The notes under the pieces: generated by a model
Told to the model about the DNA's origin: nothing
Databases searched by the model: none
What the model saw: the letters and a program-made list of their open reading frames with translations, nothing else
Position numbers and translations under genes: made by a program
DNA from: Syntrophales bacterium
GTDB lineage: Bacteria > Desulfobacterota > Syntrophia > Syntrophales > UBA6807
DNA length: 64,000 nt
Direction: 5' to 3'
NCBI GenBank assembly: GCA_040767195.1
Contig: JAXGPA010000001.1
Coordinates: 320,001-384,000 of the forward strand
Shown here: positions 7,181 to 16,491 of the stretch, piece after piece
Numbering within the stretch: the first letter of the stretch is position 1
Layout of the letters: each line of letters opens with the position of its first letter

Positions 7181-9493
7181 TTGAAAGGTCCGCCTTTATA
7201 CAACAGCCGAATCGTCGAGACCTATCTCGAATATCTTCAAGTATATCATCCCCATGTCGACCAAAAGAAAATCCTGGAATCTTCGGGCATCACCAACTTT
7301 GAGATCGAGGACGCCGGTCACTGGTTTTCCCAGGAAGAGGTAGACCGGTTTTATGAGGCCGTCCTGAGAGAAACCGGCGACCCCTCCGTTGCCCGTGAGG
7401 CCGGTCGATACATCGCTTCCAACCAGGCGTCCGGTATCCTCCAGCAGTATGTCATCGGGTTTCTCACCCCCGGCATCGCTTACTGGATGATGGAAAAAGT
7501 AGCGGGAACCCTCAGCCGGGCCTATCATGTAAAAAGCCGGATCATCGGACCCAACCGTGTAAAAATAACCTTTCAGCCCAAGGAAGACGTCGAAGAAAAA
7601 CCATACCAATGTGAAAACCGCACGGGCCTCCTGGAATCTCTGGCCAAGGTTTTCACAAACCGTTTCGCAACCATCGACCATCCTTCATGCATTCACCGCG
7701 GCGACAAGCACTGCGAATACGACGTCTCCTGGGAAATCAGCCCCTTCCTGATCTGGAAACGGGTCGGTTACTACACCGCCGCCTTCCTTTTCCTTCTGGC
7801 GGTGGGGCTGTTCTTCTGGCTTCCTCTATATCCCTGGTCTCTCCTTTCCCTGACCTTCGGGTTGATCGTCCTTGCCATATTCAACAACGCCAGCCGCCTG
7901 GAAAAGGACGATTACGTGAGAAACCTCAAGAGCCAGGGAAACGCGGCGGACGAACTCATCGACCAGATCAACCGTCATTACAACGAGGCCCTTCTGATCC
8001 AGGAGATCGGCCAGGCGGCGTCAAGCATTCTGGACTTTGACCAGCTTCTCCGGTTCATGATGGAAACGTTTCAGAAACGACTGGATTACGACCGGGGACT
8101 GGTCATGCTGGCCAACGACGACCGGACCCGGCTTCTCTACACCGCGGGTTACGGTTACAAGCCGGACCAGGAGTCGATTCTCAAGGAAACGGCGTTTCAT
8201 CTCGACCGCAGCGAATCGACGGGCCAGTTCGTCCAGGCTTTCCGGGACCTGAAGCCTTTCCTCATCACGGACGTTTCGGAAGCGCAAAAAGACATGTCTC
8301 CCAGAAGCGTCCATTTTGCCAAGGCCCTTAACGTCAATTCCTTTCTCTGTGTCCCCATTCTCTACGAGGGGAAAGCGGAAGGTGTTCTCGCCGTCGACTC
8401 CCCCCGATCACAGCGTCCCCTGAACCAGAGCGATCTCAGCCTTCTCATGGGAATCGCCCCTCAAATCGGCATCAGCATCAACAACGCCCGGACCTACCAG
8501 AAGATTCGGGAAAGTGAAGGGCGTTTCCGGGCCTTGGGCGAAAATTCGCCGGACATTATTTTCACGCTCAACGAGAGGGGCGCCATCACCTATGTGAACC
8601 CGGCCTGGGAAAAGATTTTAGGCCATTCCAAGAAAGAGGCTCTCGCCAGAAAATTCACCGATTTCATCGTCCAGGACGACCAGGAAAGGCGGCAGTGGTC
8701 CCGGGCCTTCACGAGGGTTCAAAACAACCGGGAAACCGTCAAAGGTATCCGAACGATCATGCTCTCCCATGACGGTACCGAGAGAATCGTCAGCCTGAGC
8801 GGCTCGCCGAACATAGACGGCACAAACGGCAGAACAGGTCTCATCGGGATCATGAAGGACATCACGGCCCTTGAAAAAAACCTGGACATGCTCCAGTCAG
8901 CCCTGCAGAGCACCATTGATGCCATTTCCATCATCATCGAGGTCCGGGACCCCTACACGGCGGGACACCAGAGGCGGGTGGCCGAACTCGCCTGCGCCAT
9001 CGCCGAGGAAATGAACCTGCCCGACACGACCATCCAGGGCATCCGAATGGGGGCCATGATCCACGATATCGGCAAGATATACATCCCGGCAGAAATACTT
9101 TCCAAACCGGGAAAACTGAATCCTCTCGAATTCGACATGATGAAGGCCCACCCTGAAGTGGGCCACAGCATTCTCAGTCGTGTCGAGTTCAACGCCCCCA
9201 TTGCGGAAATGGTCCATCAGCACCATGAAAAGCTGGACGGGTCGGGGTACCCCCAGGGCCTGAAGGGCGAGGAGATCCTTCTGGAAGCACGGATCCTTTC
9301 GGTGGCTGACGTGGTCGAGGCCATGTCTTCCCATCGTCCGTACCGGCCGGCCCTGGGCATCGACAGGGCCCTCGAGGAAATCGTTTCCATGAGGGGCTCC
9401 GTTTTCGATGAAGAGGTCGTGGACACGTGCGTTACGTTGCTCAGGGAAAAGAACTTCCAGTTCAGCCAGGATGGAAAGGCCACGTCATCCTGA
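7181..9493 (+). CDS. Membrane sensor HD-GYP c-di-GMP phosphodiesterase (V4R-like - 2TM - GAF - PAS - HD-GYP)
   Basis: 'YQCENR..C.HRGDKHCEYDVSW' V4R Zn ligands; GAF 'FLCVPILYEGKAEGVLAVD'; PAS 'YVNPAWEKILG'; 'RDPYTAGHQRRV', 'HDIGK', 'HHEKLDGSGYP', 'HRPYRPA'. TTG start abuts the upstream stop. Confidence 0.9.
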   Translation: MKGPPLYNSRIVETYLEYLQVYHPHVDQKKILESSGITNFEIEDAGHWFSQEEVDRFYEAVLRETGDPSVAREAGRYIASNQASGILQQYVIGFLTPGIAYWMMEKVAGTLSRAYHVKSRIIGPNRVKITFQPKEDVEEKPYQCENRTGLLESLAKVFTNRFATIDHPSCIHRGDKHCEYDVSWEISPFLIWKRVGYYTAAFLFLLAVGLFFWLPLYPWSLLSLTFGLIVLAIFNNASRLEKDDYVRNLKSQGNAADELIDQINRHYNEALLIQEIGQAASSILDFDQLLRFMMETFQKRLDYDRGLVMLANDDRTRLLYTAGYGYKPDQESILKETAFHLDRSESTGQFVQAFRDLKPFLITDVSEAQKDMSPRSVHFAKALNVNSFLCVPILYEGKAEGVLAVDSPRSQRPLNQSDLSLLMGIAPQIGISINNARTYQKIRESEGRFRALGENSPDIIFTLNERGAITYVNPAWEKILGHSKKEALARKFTDFIVQDDQERRQWSRAFTRVQNNRETVKGIRTIMLSHDGTERIVSLSGSPNIDGTNGRTGLIGIMKDITALEKNLDMLQSALQSTIDAISIIIEVRDPYTAGHQRRVAELACAIAEEMNLPDTTIQGIRMGAMIHDIGKIYIPAEILSKPGKLNPLEFDMMKAHPEVGHSILSRVEFNAPIAEMVHQHHEKLDGSGYPQGLKGEEILLEARILSVADVVEAMSSHRPYRPALGIDRALEEIVSMRGSVFDEEVVDTCVTLLREKNFQFSQDGKATSS

Positions 9494-10303
9494 CAGGGGG
9501 ACTCTCCCCCGGCACAAGATGAGGGGGGTGTAGGTGAATCGCCGGGGATGGTAAAAAAACTTCTTGAAATCAGATAGAAAGACCGCGTAACCACCCTCGT
9601 AGTCATCGAAGATGTCCGGCACAAGGACGGAAGCCACTTCTATTTTCTTGAGCCAGTTGTAAGCGTCGCTGTCCCTGATCTCCCCATAGATGAGATGGTG
9701 GGCCATGAGGTCCATTTCCACGTTCGCGAAACCTTCATCGTAAAGATAGGCGTAAAGCTTGCGCCCAGCGTGGACATCGAAATCGAAGTCCCGCTCCATG
9801 CGGGCCATGATCCTGACAAGACAGTTCTCCAGGTCCGGTGGAATGTCATAATGATTGAGACAATTGGAATCCAGGTCGATAAGGCAGAGCCATCCGCCGG
9901 GCTTGATCAGAGCCTTCAGATTCTTCACAATTCGAAAAGCCTCTTTTCGGAAGTACTCGAGAACGAAACGAACCCAGATGAGATCGAAGGTTCCGAGTTC
10001 TTCGAGGGGTTCGCGAAAATCTTTGAGTTCGAAGCGGATTCCCGGAAGATTCCCATAGGTTTTTCTCGCGTGTTCAATTCTTGACGGGGAAAAATCGATA
10101 CCCGTGGCGGATCCCCCAGGCATGACCATTTCCCGGAGGAAGGAGGTTGTCAGGCCGGGACCGCATCCGGCGTCGAGTACGCGCATCCCCGGGCGGACAC
10201 CGCACCAGGCGGCCTGCCTGTAAAAAGCCCCGGGATCCGTCTTCCCTTCGAGGCGGATGATTTCATCCCGGTTCTCCATCAGATACCCCCCTTTTTCCGT
10301 CAT
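9485..10303 (-). CDS. Class I SAM-dependent methyltransferase
   Basis: 'RVLDAGCGPG', 'GIDFS', 'FDLIWVRFVLEY', 'IKPGGWLCLID'; RBS AAAGGAGG before ATG 10303. Confidence 0.9.
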   Translation of the reverse strand: MTEKGGYLMENRDEIIRLEGKTDPGAFYRQAAWCGVRPGMRVLDAGCGPGLTTSFLREMVMPGGSATGIDFSPSRIEHARKTYGNLPGIRFELKDFREPLEELGTFDLIWVRFVLEYFRKEAFRIVKNLKALIKPGGWLCLIDLDSNCLNHYDIPPDLENCLVRIMARMERDFDFDVHAGRKLYAYLYDEGFANVEMDLMAHHLIYGEIRDSDAYNWLKKIEVASVLVPDIFDDYEGGYAVFLSDFKKFFYHPRRFTYTPLILCRGRVPLSG

Positions 10304-10471
10304 CGATCCTCCTTTCATCGATCTCCTCTGAATACGAACTGGATTTCTCACCGTCTCAAAAAAAGCGCCGGAGACAGGACACCTGATCTTCCAAAGACGT
10401 TTGCCGCCGCGCGGTTCGTTGCGTCTGAACCGAAAACGGCGGAAAAAGGGCGAGGGGCTCTTGCAAAGCCG

Positions 10472-11155
10472 TCAGGCATAACTTCGCAGGTACTTTCGTA
10501 TATAGGTCTCCACTTTCTCACGGCCGTGGAAGATGCCGAAATGCCCTTCGCAGAGGATGTCGGCTTTGAGTTCCAGAAGCTTCTCCATGGATGTCCGCCA
10601 GTCCTCGACAACGGAGGCAAAACTCGGGAGAAAGGGGCCATGGATATCCTGACCGAAGAGGATCCGCCGGCCCCCTCGATCCAGGTACAGGGACAGAGAA
10701 CCGGGGGTGTGTCCCGGCGTGTGAAGAACATGGAGTTCTTCGTCACCAAAGGACAGAACCTCGTGGTCCGACGTGAAACGGCGGTCCACCGGTGTGGGCG
10801 GAAATTCCGTTTCATACCAGTTGGCCGCCGTACGGACGGGGTCTCCCGTCTCCACGGCGTCGGCGTCCAGATCGTGCATGGCCGTGGGAATGCCGTGAAT
10901 CCCCCTGAAGTAAGGCGCCCCCCCGATGTGATCGATGTGACAGTGCGTGAGGACGAGAAGGGAAATATCCTCCGGCCTCAAACCGGCCTTGGCCATGTTT
11001 TTTTCCAGGATGCGGGCGCTTCTCCCCGCACCGGCGTCGATCATGACCAGGGTTTCGGGAAACCGGATCACGAAAGCCGTGGCGTCTTCCCCATAGGACA
11101 CGCTGGGCCCGCCTACGAGATAGACACCTTCCACGATTTCTTCAACAGGGTTCAT
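10472..11155 (-). CDS. MBL-fold metallo-hydrolase
   Basis: [10 protein letters not shown] (HxHxDH), [14 protein letters not shown]. Confidence 0.9.
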   Translation of the reverse strand: MNPVEEIVEGVYLVGGPSVSYGEDATAFVIRFPETLVMIDAGAGRSARILEKNMAKAGLRPEDISLLVLTHCHIDHIGGAPYFRGIHGIPTAMHDLDADAVETGDPVRTAANWYETEFPPTPVDRRFTSDHEVLSFGDEELHVLHTPGHTPGSLSLYLDRGGRRILFGQDIHGPFLPSFASVVEDWRTSMEKLLELKADILCEGHFGIFHGREKVETYIRKYLRSYA

Positions 11156-12093
11156 GACGCCTCCCCACCCGTTCGAAGACTTCCGATGATTTCCCCGATA
11201 TCGGCGATTCCTTTCCGGTTCATATACTGTCGGATCCCGTCGAGAACGTCGAGGGTCGCCCGGGGATTGATGAAATTGGCCGTGCCGATCTGAACGGCCG
11301 AAGCGCCGACGATCAGAAATTCCAGGGCGTCCCGGGCTTCCGCGATCCCCCCGACACCGATGACGGGGATGGAAACGGCCCGCCGGACTTCCCAGACCAT
11401 CCTCAAGGCCACCGGCCGGACAGCCGGTCCGGAAAGGCCGCCGGTCACCACGGCCAGGTGAGGAATTCGTTTTTCCACGTCCACCGACATGCCCCGAAGG
11501 GTGTTGATAAGGGACAGGGCATCGGCGCCCGCACCCTCAACCCGGCGGGCGACGGCACCGATGTCCGTCACGTTGGGGGTAAGCTTGACGATCACGGGAA
11601 GGCGGGTTGCTTTCTTAACCGACCGGGTTACCCGCGCGGCGGCGGCGGGATCAGTTCCGAAAGTGATGCCGCCGCGCTTGATGTTGGGACAGGAAACGTT
11701 TACTTCCAGCCCGTGAACGCCGTCCACACCGTCGAGAATTGACGCCAGCCGGGCATATTCCTCCACCGTCTCGCCGAAGATGTTGACAATGACGGGAACG
11801 TTGCAGGAACGAAGAAAAGGGAGCTTTTCCTCCACGAAAGCCTCGACGCCTATGTTCTGAAGACCCACGGCGTTGAGCATCCCCGAGGGCGTTTCCATGA
11901 TCCGGGGAGGAGGGTTGCCCGCCCGTGGTTTAAGGGACAACCCCTTGACCACAACGGCCCCGAGAAGGCCCGGGTCCACAAAGGGACTGTATGCCTCACC
12001 ATAACCAAAGGTCCCTGAAGCGGTCATGACGGGATTCTTCAACGTCAGCCCCCCGCCTATGGAAACACTGAGGTTCATCTCTTCATCCGTCAC
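11152..12093 (-). CDS. pyrD: Dihydroorotate dehydrogenase family 1B, catalytic subunit
   Basis: '[14 protein letters not shown]', '[21 protein letters not shown]', 'NVSCPN', '[10 protein letters not shown]'; start GTG 12093 or ATG 12078. Confidence 0.95.
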   Translation of the reverse strand: MTDEEMNLSVSIGGGLTLKNPVMTASGTFGYGEAYSPFVDPGLLGAVVVKGLSLKPRAGNPPPRIMETPSGMLNAVGLQNIGVEAFVEEKLPFLRSCNVPVIVNIFGETVEEYARLASILDGVDGVHGLEVNVSCPNIKRGGITFGTDPAAAARVTRSVKKATRLPVIVKLTPNVTDIGAVARRVEGAGADALSLINTLRGMSVDVEKRIPHLAVVTGGLSGPAVRPVALRMVWEVRRAVSIPVIGVGGIAEARDALEFLIVGASAVQIGTANFINPRATLDVLDGIRQYMNRKGIADIGEIIGSLRTGGEAS

Positions 12094-12105
12094 GACTTCA
12101 ATCCT

Positions 12106-12269
12106 GACGACTTCGTAAAAAAGTCCATAGGCTGTGTTGCCCTTCGTCCCCGGTCATGGCGACGTACCAATAAGTACGTCTCACTCCTCGGGATTTGGGC
12201 GCCTTGCCTCTGGATCTTTTTACAAAGCCTTCGGTAACTTAACATTTTTCGAGTTTTTACAGGTTCGTC
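12106..12269. mobile_element. MITE-like non-autonomous element between pyrK and pyrD
   Basis: Terminal IRs GACGACTTCGTAAAAAAGTC / GAGTTTTTACAGGTTCGTC, a third internal IR copy at 12216-12232, internal hairpin GACGTAC-N6-GTACGTC; flanked by near-duplication AATCCT/AATTCT. Confidence 0.7.
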
Positions 12270-13092
12270 AATTCTGGAACTCATCGAAGGAAAACACCGG
12301 ACCCTCCCGGCAGACCCGGACGTAGTTCCTCTCCCCTCCGGCCGTTTTCAGGGAAACGGCGCAGCCCAGGCAGGCCCCGACACCGCAGGCCATCCGCTCC
12401 TCCACCGACACCTGGCCCGTCACGCCATGCCTGATCCCGAAGGCGGTGAGACGGGACAGCATGGGCCGGGGTCCGCAACCGTAGATCACCGTCCCGGCGG
12501 GATCATAGCGGTGAAACTCCTTCTCCAGAAGGTCCATGACTGTCCCCTTGAACCCGGCGCTCCCGTCATCGGTGCTGACCCGCAATGCGGAACACAGGGA
12601 CTTGAAACCCTTGAAAAGTGGGAAAAAACTCGAATTCCCGCAGCCCAGATAGGCGTGGAGGGAGACTTCTCCTCTCCTCAGGTGATCCGTCAAGGCCCTC
12701 GCCAGATAGTGAAGCGGAACCACCCCCATTCCCCCGCCCACAAGGAGGAGTGTCGGCTTTTCCGGGACTGCCGAAAACCCCCGGCCCAGGGGACCGATAA
12801 GGGAAAGCATCTCCCCCCGTTTCATGCGGCTGAAAATTTCCGTGCCCTTTCCGGCGACACGATACAAAAGGCCCACCCTTTCACGTCCTTTCGTGGCGTC
12901 CATGTCATAAACACTGAAGGGCCTCGGCAAAAACGGGGTGTCTTCGGCTCTCCTGCGGACCATGACAAACTGCCCCGGTGAAGGGATCACCTCCATCAAT
13001 GGCGCGCAGGAGACAGTCATGCGAAAATGCCCCGGGAGAATCTCCTTGTGGGCGAGGATGGTGCCCGTCATGACCTGCCGTGCCGCCGTCAT
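12268..13092 (-). CDS. pyrK: Dihydroorotate dehydrogenase electron transfer subunit
   Basis: 'PGQFVMV', 'LPRPFSV', 'GPLGRGF', 'GGGMGVVP', 'EERMACGVGACLGC...RVCREGPVF'; adjacent to pyrD. Confidence 0.95.
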   Translation of the reverse strand: MTAARQVMTGTILAHKEILPGHFRMTVSCAPLMEVIPSPGQFVMVRRRAEDTPFLPRPFSVYDMDATKGRERVGLLYRVAGKGTEIFSRMKRGEMLSLIGPLGRGFSAVPEKPTLLLVGGGMGVVPLHYLARALTDHLRRGEVSLHAYLGCGNSSFFPLFKGFKSLCSALRVSTDDGSAGFKGTVMDLLEKEFHRYDPAGTVIYGCGPRPMLSRLTAFGIRHGVTGQVSVEERMACGVGACLGCAVSLKTAGGERNYVRVCREGPVFSFDEFQN

Positions 13093-13093
13093 G

Positions 13094-13618
13094 TCACAAC
13101 CCTCCCTTTTGCTTCCCCTCTGTCTTCGAGGAAAAGTCCGCCGTCATGATGACCGCATCCTCGCAGGTGTCGGCATAGTAGAGGGGTCGGATCCCTCTTT
13201 TTCTGAAGCCGAATTTTTCATAAAGGCGCAACGCGGACCTGTTCGATCGCCTGACTTCGAGAAAACCCAGAAAAGCTCCTTTTTCAATCCCATGCGCGAT
13301 CATCGTCTTCATCAGGAAGCTGGCGACGCCATCCCGGCGGTACCCCGGTCGAACAGCCACGTTCCGCAGGTGAATCTCATCCACAATAATGGCGAAATGG
13401 ATGGAGCCTGCGATGACTTCTCCCCTGAGGGCGACTAAACTGTGACAGAAGGGGGCTCGCAGTTCCTCCAGAAAAGACAGCTCCGACCACGGCGTTCTGA
13501 AAGAACTTCGCTCGATCTCGAGAACACTCTTCAGATCGGTCTCTTCCATTTGTCGTACCGTCAGGAGGGCCTGGTCCGGCAAATGTTCCTCTGTTCTATC
13601 GTGCGTGACGGCGCCCAT
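13094..13618 (-). CDS. rimI: Ribosomal-protein N-acetyltransferase RimI
   Basis: 'IERSSFRTPWS', 'DEIHLRNVAV.P.YRRDG', 'LEVRRSN..A..LYEKFGF...GIR..YY...EDA..M'; ORF-track extension to 13975 overlaps PTS IIC and is discounted. Confidence 0.85.
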   Translation of the reverse strand: MGAVTHDRTEEHLPDQALLTVRQMEETDLKSVLEIERSSFRTPWSELSFLEELRAPFCHSLVALRGEVIAGSIHFAIIVDEIHLRNVAVRPGYRRDGVASFLMKTMIAHGIEKGAFLGFLEVRRSNRSALRLYEKFGFRKRGIRPLYYADTCEDAVIMTADFSSKTEGKQKGGL

Positions 13619-13626
13619 GGACTTCC

Positions 13627-14343
13627 CTACGAACACAGCAGGGTGCCGAAGAGCACCGCCATGAAAAAGAATCCCGTGAAAAGAGGGGCAACCCCCTTTT
13701 GGCGGACCGTGTTCAGGACAGCGGCAATGCCGACGAGTGGCAGGGACCAGAAAATAATGAGAAGGGCTTTCATCGGGATTTTCCCCGAAAGAAGGGGATA
13801 CGCCTTCAGGAGAACCACGGTGCCCAAGAAAAGAAAAACGAAGATGAACCCGACATAGATGACGAGCGTTCTTACCAGGTCCAGCCGGACACACCGGGCG
13901 ATATCCTCGGGACGGCCTTCGACGGCGCCTGCCAGGGCCCTGTCCGCGAGGGTGCCGTGCGTGGCGATGATCCACTGATCCAGTTTTCGGGCAAGAAAGG
14001 CCAGAGGCATGAAGAGAAGGATGGAAAAAGCCATCATCTCCTTCGTAACGGACCCGGCGGCCTGCCCCGCCAGGATGGTGCTCCCGACGGCGACAGCGGA
14101 CATGAGGGAGTCATTGGGAGGAATGTAAACGCCTATGGGCAGGTGGTCGACCCACAAAATCTCGATGAGAGCCCCCATGACAAGAGCTGTCGGCAAATCG
14201 CCGAGAACCGCCCCCAGAACAGCCGAGACAATGATGGGCCTGGAAATCATGACCTGGAAGAAGACGCGATCCAGGCATGCAATTCCCGCCAGGGCGGCCG
14301 CGAGAGCGGACTTTCCACCCGCAACGCCGTCAATCAAGAACAC
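13627..14343 (-). CDS. PTS mannose/sorbose-family IIC-like membrane subunit
   Basis: 'LDR..FQ.MISRPI', 'GDL.TAL.MGALIEILW...LPIG.YIPPND'; follows IIA and IIB. Confidence 0.85.
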   Translation of the reverse strand: MFLIDGVAGGKSALAAALAGIACLDRVFFQVMISRPIIVSAVLGAVLGDLPTALVMGALIEILWVDHLPIGVYIPPNDSLMSAVAVGSTILAGQAAGSVTKEMMAFSILLFMPLAFLARKLDQWIIATHGTLADRALAGAVEGRPEDIARCVRLDLVRTLVIYVGFIFVFLFLGTVVLLKAYPLLSGKIPMKALLIIFWSLPLVGIAAVLNTVRQKGVAPLFTGFFFMAVLFGTLLCS

Positions 14344-14830
14344 GAAAGGACCTTTGGTTCATCATCTCGGAGAAGTCAATCGATTTATCCCGGGGAACGC
14401 AACGGAGTTCCACGGTCACACCGGCATCGACGAGGGAAAGAATGGCGCTCACATCCTTGTCGTTGAGAAAAATAGTGGAGGAACATCGGATTTTTCCATC
14501 CTCATCGTAAACGTTCCCGATATTCAATTTTTCAAAGCGGTATCCATGATGAAAGGCCTCGACAACATCACCGATATTGTCAAAAAGAACGATGATGTTT
14601 TCCCGGTTCCTTCCTTTGGAACGCATGTTCCGGACAAAATCAACTATATCATACACATCAACTTTAACATCAATGGGAACAGCCATCCGAATGACCGATT
14701 CCCTGAAGGGATCCGAGGCCACGTCGTTGTTGACGACAATGATCCGCCCCGCCTGAATGTGAGGGACCCAGGCCTCGATGATCTGCCCGTGAACGAGCCT
14801 GTTGTCCACTCGGATGAAGATCCGACCCAT
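14330..14830 (-). CDS. PTS mannose/sorbose-family IIB subunit
   Basis: 'IRVDNRLVHGQI..AW', 'LNIGNV'. Confidence 0.92.
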   Translation of the reverse strand: MGRIFIRVDNRLVHGQIIEAWVPHIQAGRIIVVNNDVASDPFRESVIRMAVPIDVKVDVYDIVDFVRNMRSKGRNRENIIVLFDNIGDVVEAFHHGYRFEKLNIGNVYDEDGKIRCSSTIFLNDKDVSAILSLVDAGVTVELRCVPRDKSIDFSEMMNQRSFRVLD

Positions 14831-14875
14831 CTAAAAGGCTCCTTCAGGAACGGGGAACCGGACCGGACACCGCGG

Positions 14876-15286
14876 TCAGTCCGAAGCCTTCCGGTTGAGG
14901 ATTTCACTCGCCATATAAATATTTTTTATACCATAGTTGCGAACGGTTTCCGCAAAGCGATAGAGGTCCTTCTCCTCCTGGAGATCGGACAATTTGAGGA
15001 GCATCGGCAGGTTCACGCCGGTAACGACTTCGATCTTCTTGTCCTGCAGGAAAGAAAGGGAGATGTTGGAGGGCGTCCCTCCGAAAAGATCCGTGAGGAT
15101 GAGAACACCCGCTCCCTGGTCCACTTTTTTGAGGGCCCCCGTAATCTCCTTTTTGATTTCGTTCAGCCCCTTCTTCGCGTCTACGGAAACAGCAAGGATT
15201 CCCTTTTGCTCACCCTTTATCATGACGGTCGCCCGTATGAGTTCGTCCGCCAGGTTTCCGTGAGTAATCACAAGTGTTCCGATCAT
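14876..15286 (-). CDS. PTS mannose-family IIA subunit
   Basis: 'VITHG.LA', 'GVLILTDLFGGTPSN', 'VVTGVNLPML'. Confidence 0.93.
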   Translation of the reverse strand: MIGTLVITHGNLADELIRATVMIKGEQKGILAVSVDAKKGLNEIKKEITGALKKVDQGAGVLILTDLFGGTPSNISLSFLQDKKIEVVTGVNLPMLLKLSDLQEEKDLYRFAETVRNYGIKNIYMASEILNRKASD

Positions 15287-15484
15287 AGTTGCTCCGCCTC
15301 GAGGATTAGTAACGTAGGCTAATGAAATGCCCGCAAATTGTCAAGCTTGAATGATCCCTGCCTAAATCCTGACCTTCGTTAACCTATATTTACAAGCCAG
15401 CGAGCAGGCCGGGCAACAAGGCGACTGTTGACAGATTCTTTGGGATAGGTTATTTTTCTTCATCCCTTATCCTGGAGACGCCTT

Positions 15485-15970
15485 TTGAACAAGACATTGA
15501 GCTGGGTTTCCTGTCCTTTTTGCGGAAAGCCTGTTTCTCTGTACAGAAACCCCGTCCCGACGGTGGATGTGATCATAGAAATAGATGGACAGGGGATTAT
15601 CCTCATCAAAAGGAAAAACCCTCCCCCTGGATGGGCCCTGCCGGGCGGATTTGTCGATTACGGTGAAACCCTGGAGGACGCGGCCATACGGGAGGCCCTG
15701 GAGGAAACATCCCTGAACGTCACCCTCCAGGGACTTTCAGGGGTCTATTCGTCACCTGACCGCGATCCCAGACAGCATACCATATCCACGGTATTTATCG
15801 CCACGGCTTCGGGAACCCCCCGGGCTCGGGACGACGCGGCGGACATCGGGATCTTTTCAGAAGAGAACATTCCCAAAATCCTGGCCTTCGATCACGAAAA
15901 AATCCTCGCCGATTATTTCAGGAACCAGTCCTCCATGAGAGAAAAACCGGCAACGGCGAGACCCCTTTGA
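15485..15970 (+). CDS. NUDIX hydrolase (ADP-ribose pyrophosphatase-like)
   Basis: Nudix box '[24 protein letters not shown]', 'RDPRQHTIS', 'LAFDH'; TTG start uncertain. Confidence 0.9.
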   Translation: MNKTLSWVSCPFCGKPVSLYRNPVPTVDVIIEIDGQGIILIKRKNPPPGWALPGGFVDYGETLEDAAIREALEETSLNVTLQGLSGVYSSPDRDPRQHTISTVFIATASGTPRARDDAADIGIFSEENIPKILAFDHEKILADYFRNQSSMREKPATARPL

Positions 15971-16176
15971 GAAATTCAGCGGGATCGACAAAAGTGTCGT
16001 TTTTGTCGTCTCCCCGGGAAATCTCTTTAATATATTATGATTATTTGCTTTCAGCGTAAGGGAGGAAATTCCGTCGACATTTTCTTCCCCTGTTCTTTTC
16101 CTTCAAAATCCTGTCAGGGCGTCGTTGCGTTCATGATTTCCAGTCATAAAAGGCACTCCTGGCAGATATGAGACGC

Positions 16177-16193
16177 TTGGCATGCATCATGCA
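16177..16193 (+). promoter_or_regulatory. Sigma54 (-24/-12) promoter
   Basis: TTGGCATGCATCATGCA: GG-N10-GC spacing exact; upstream palindrome CGACA-N4-TGTCG (15986-15999) and AT-rich tracts. Confidence 0.65.
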
Positions 16194-16203
16194 TATTATA
16201 TAA

Positions 16204-16313
16204 ATCGAGAATCGAATCTCCTCCGATTCTGGCTTAAACCTCTCAAAGGCCCCTTTTTCGGAAGGGGCCAAAACCCTCTCCCGGGGGAAGCGCATGCTTC
16301 CCCCGCCCTTTTT
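16204..16313 (+). ncRNA. Candidate sigma54-dependent small RNA (~110 nt, three hairpins, C/U-rich loops)
   Basis: Starts ~12 nt after the -12 element; stems 16208-16230 (loop AATCTCCTC), 16248-16269 (TTCG loop), 16282-16305 followed by CCCTTTTT; no credible ORF downstream of the promoter. Confidence 0.55.
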
Positions 16314-16491
16314 ATACCTCCTCTTATCAATCCAGGTATAGAACCATCAGGAGCGTAAAGACTCCCCGGGTTCATCCGCCCTTCTTTGAAGCCATGAGAA
16401 GTTTGTTACGACATGGCCCTGCCTGACCCAGGCAGGGAGGATACTGAAAAGAATGTCAAGGAGAAAATGGGTCGGCCTGAAGACAGGCCTT

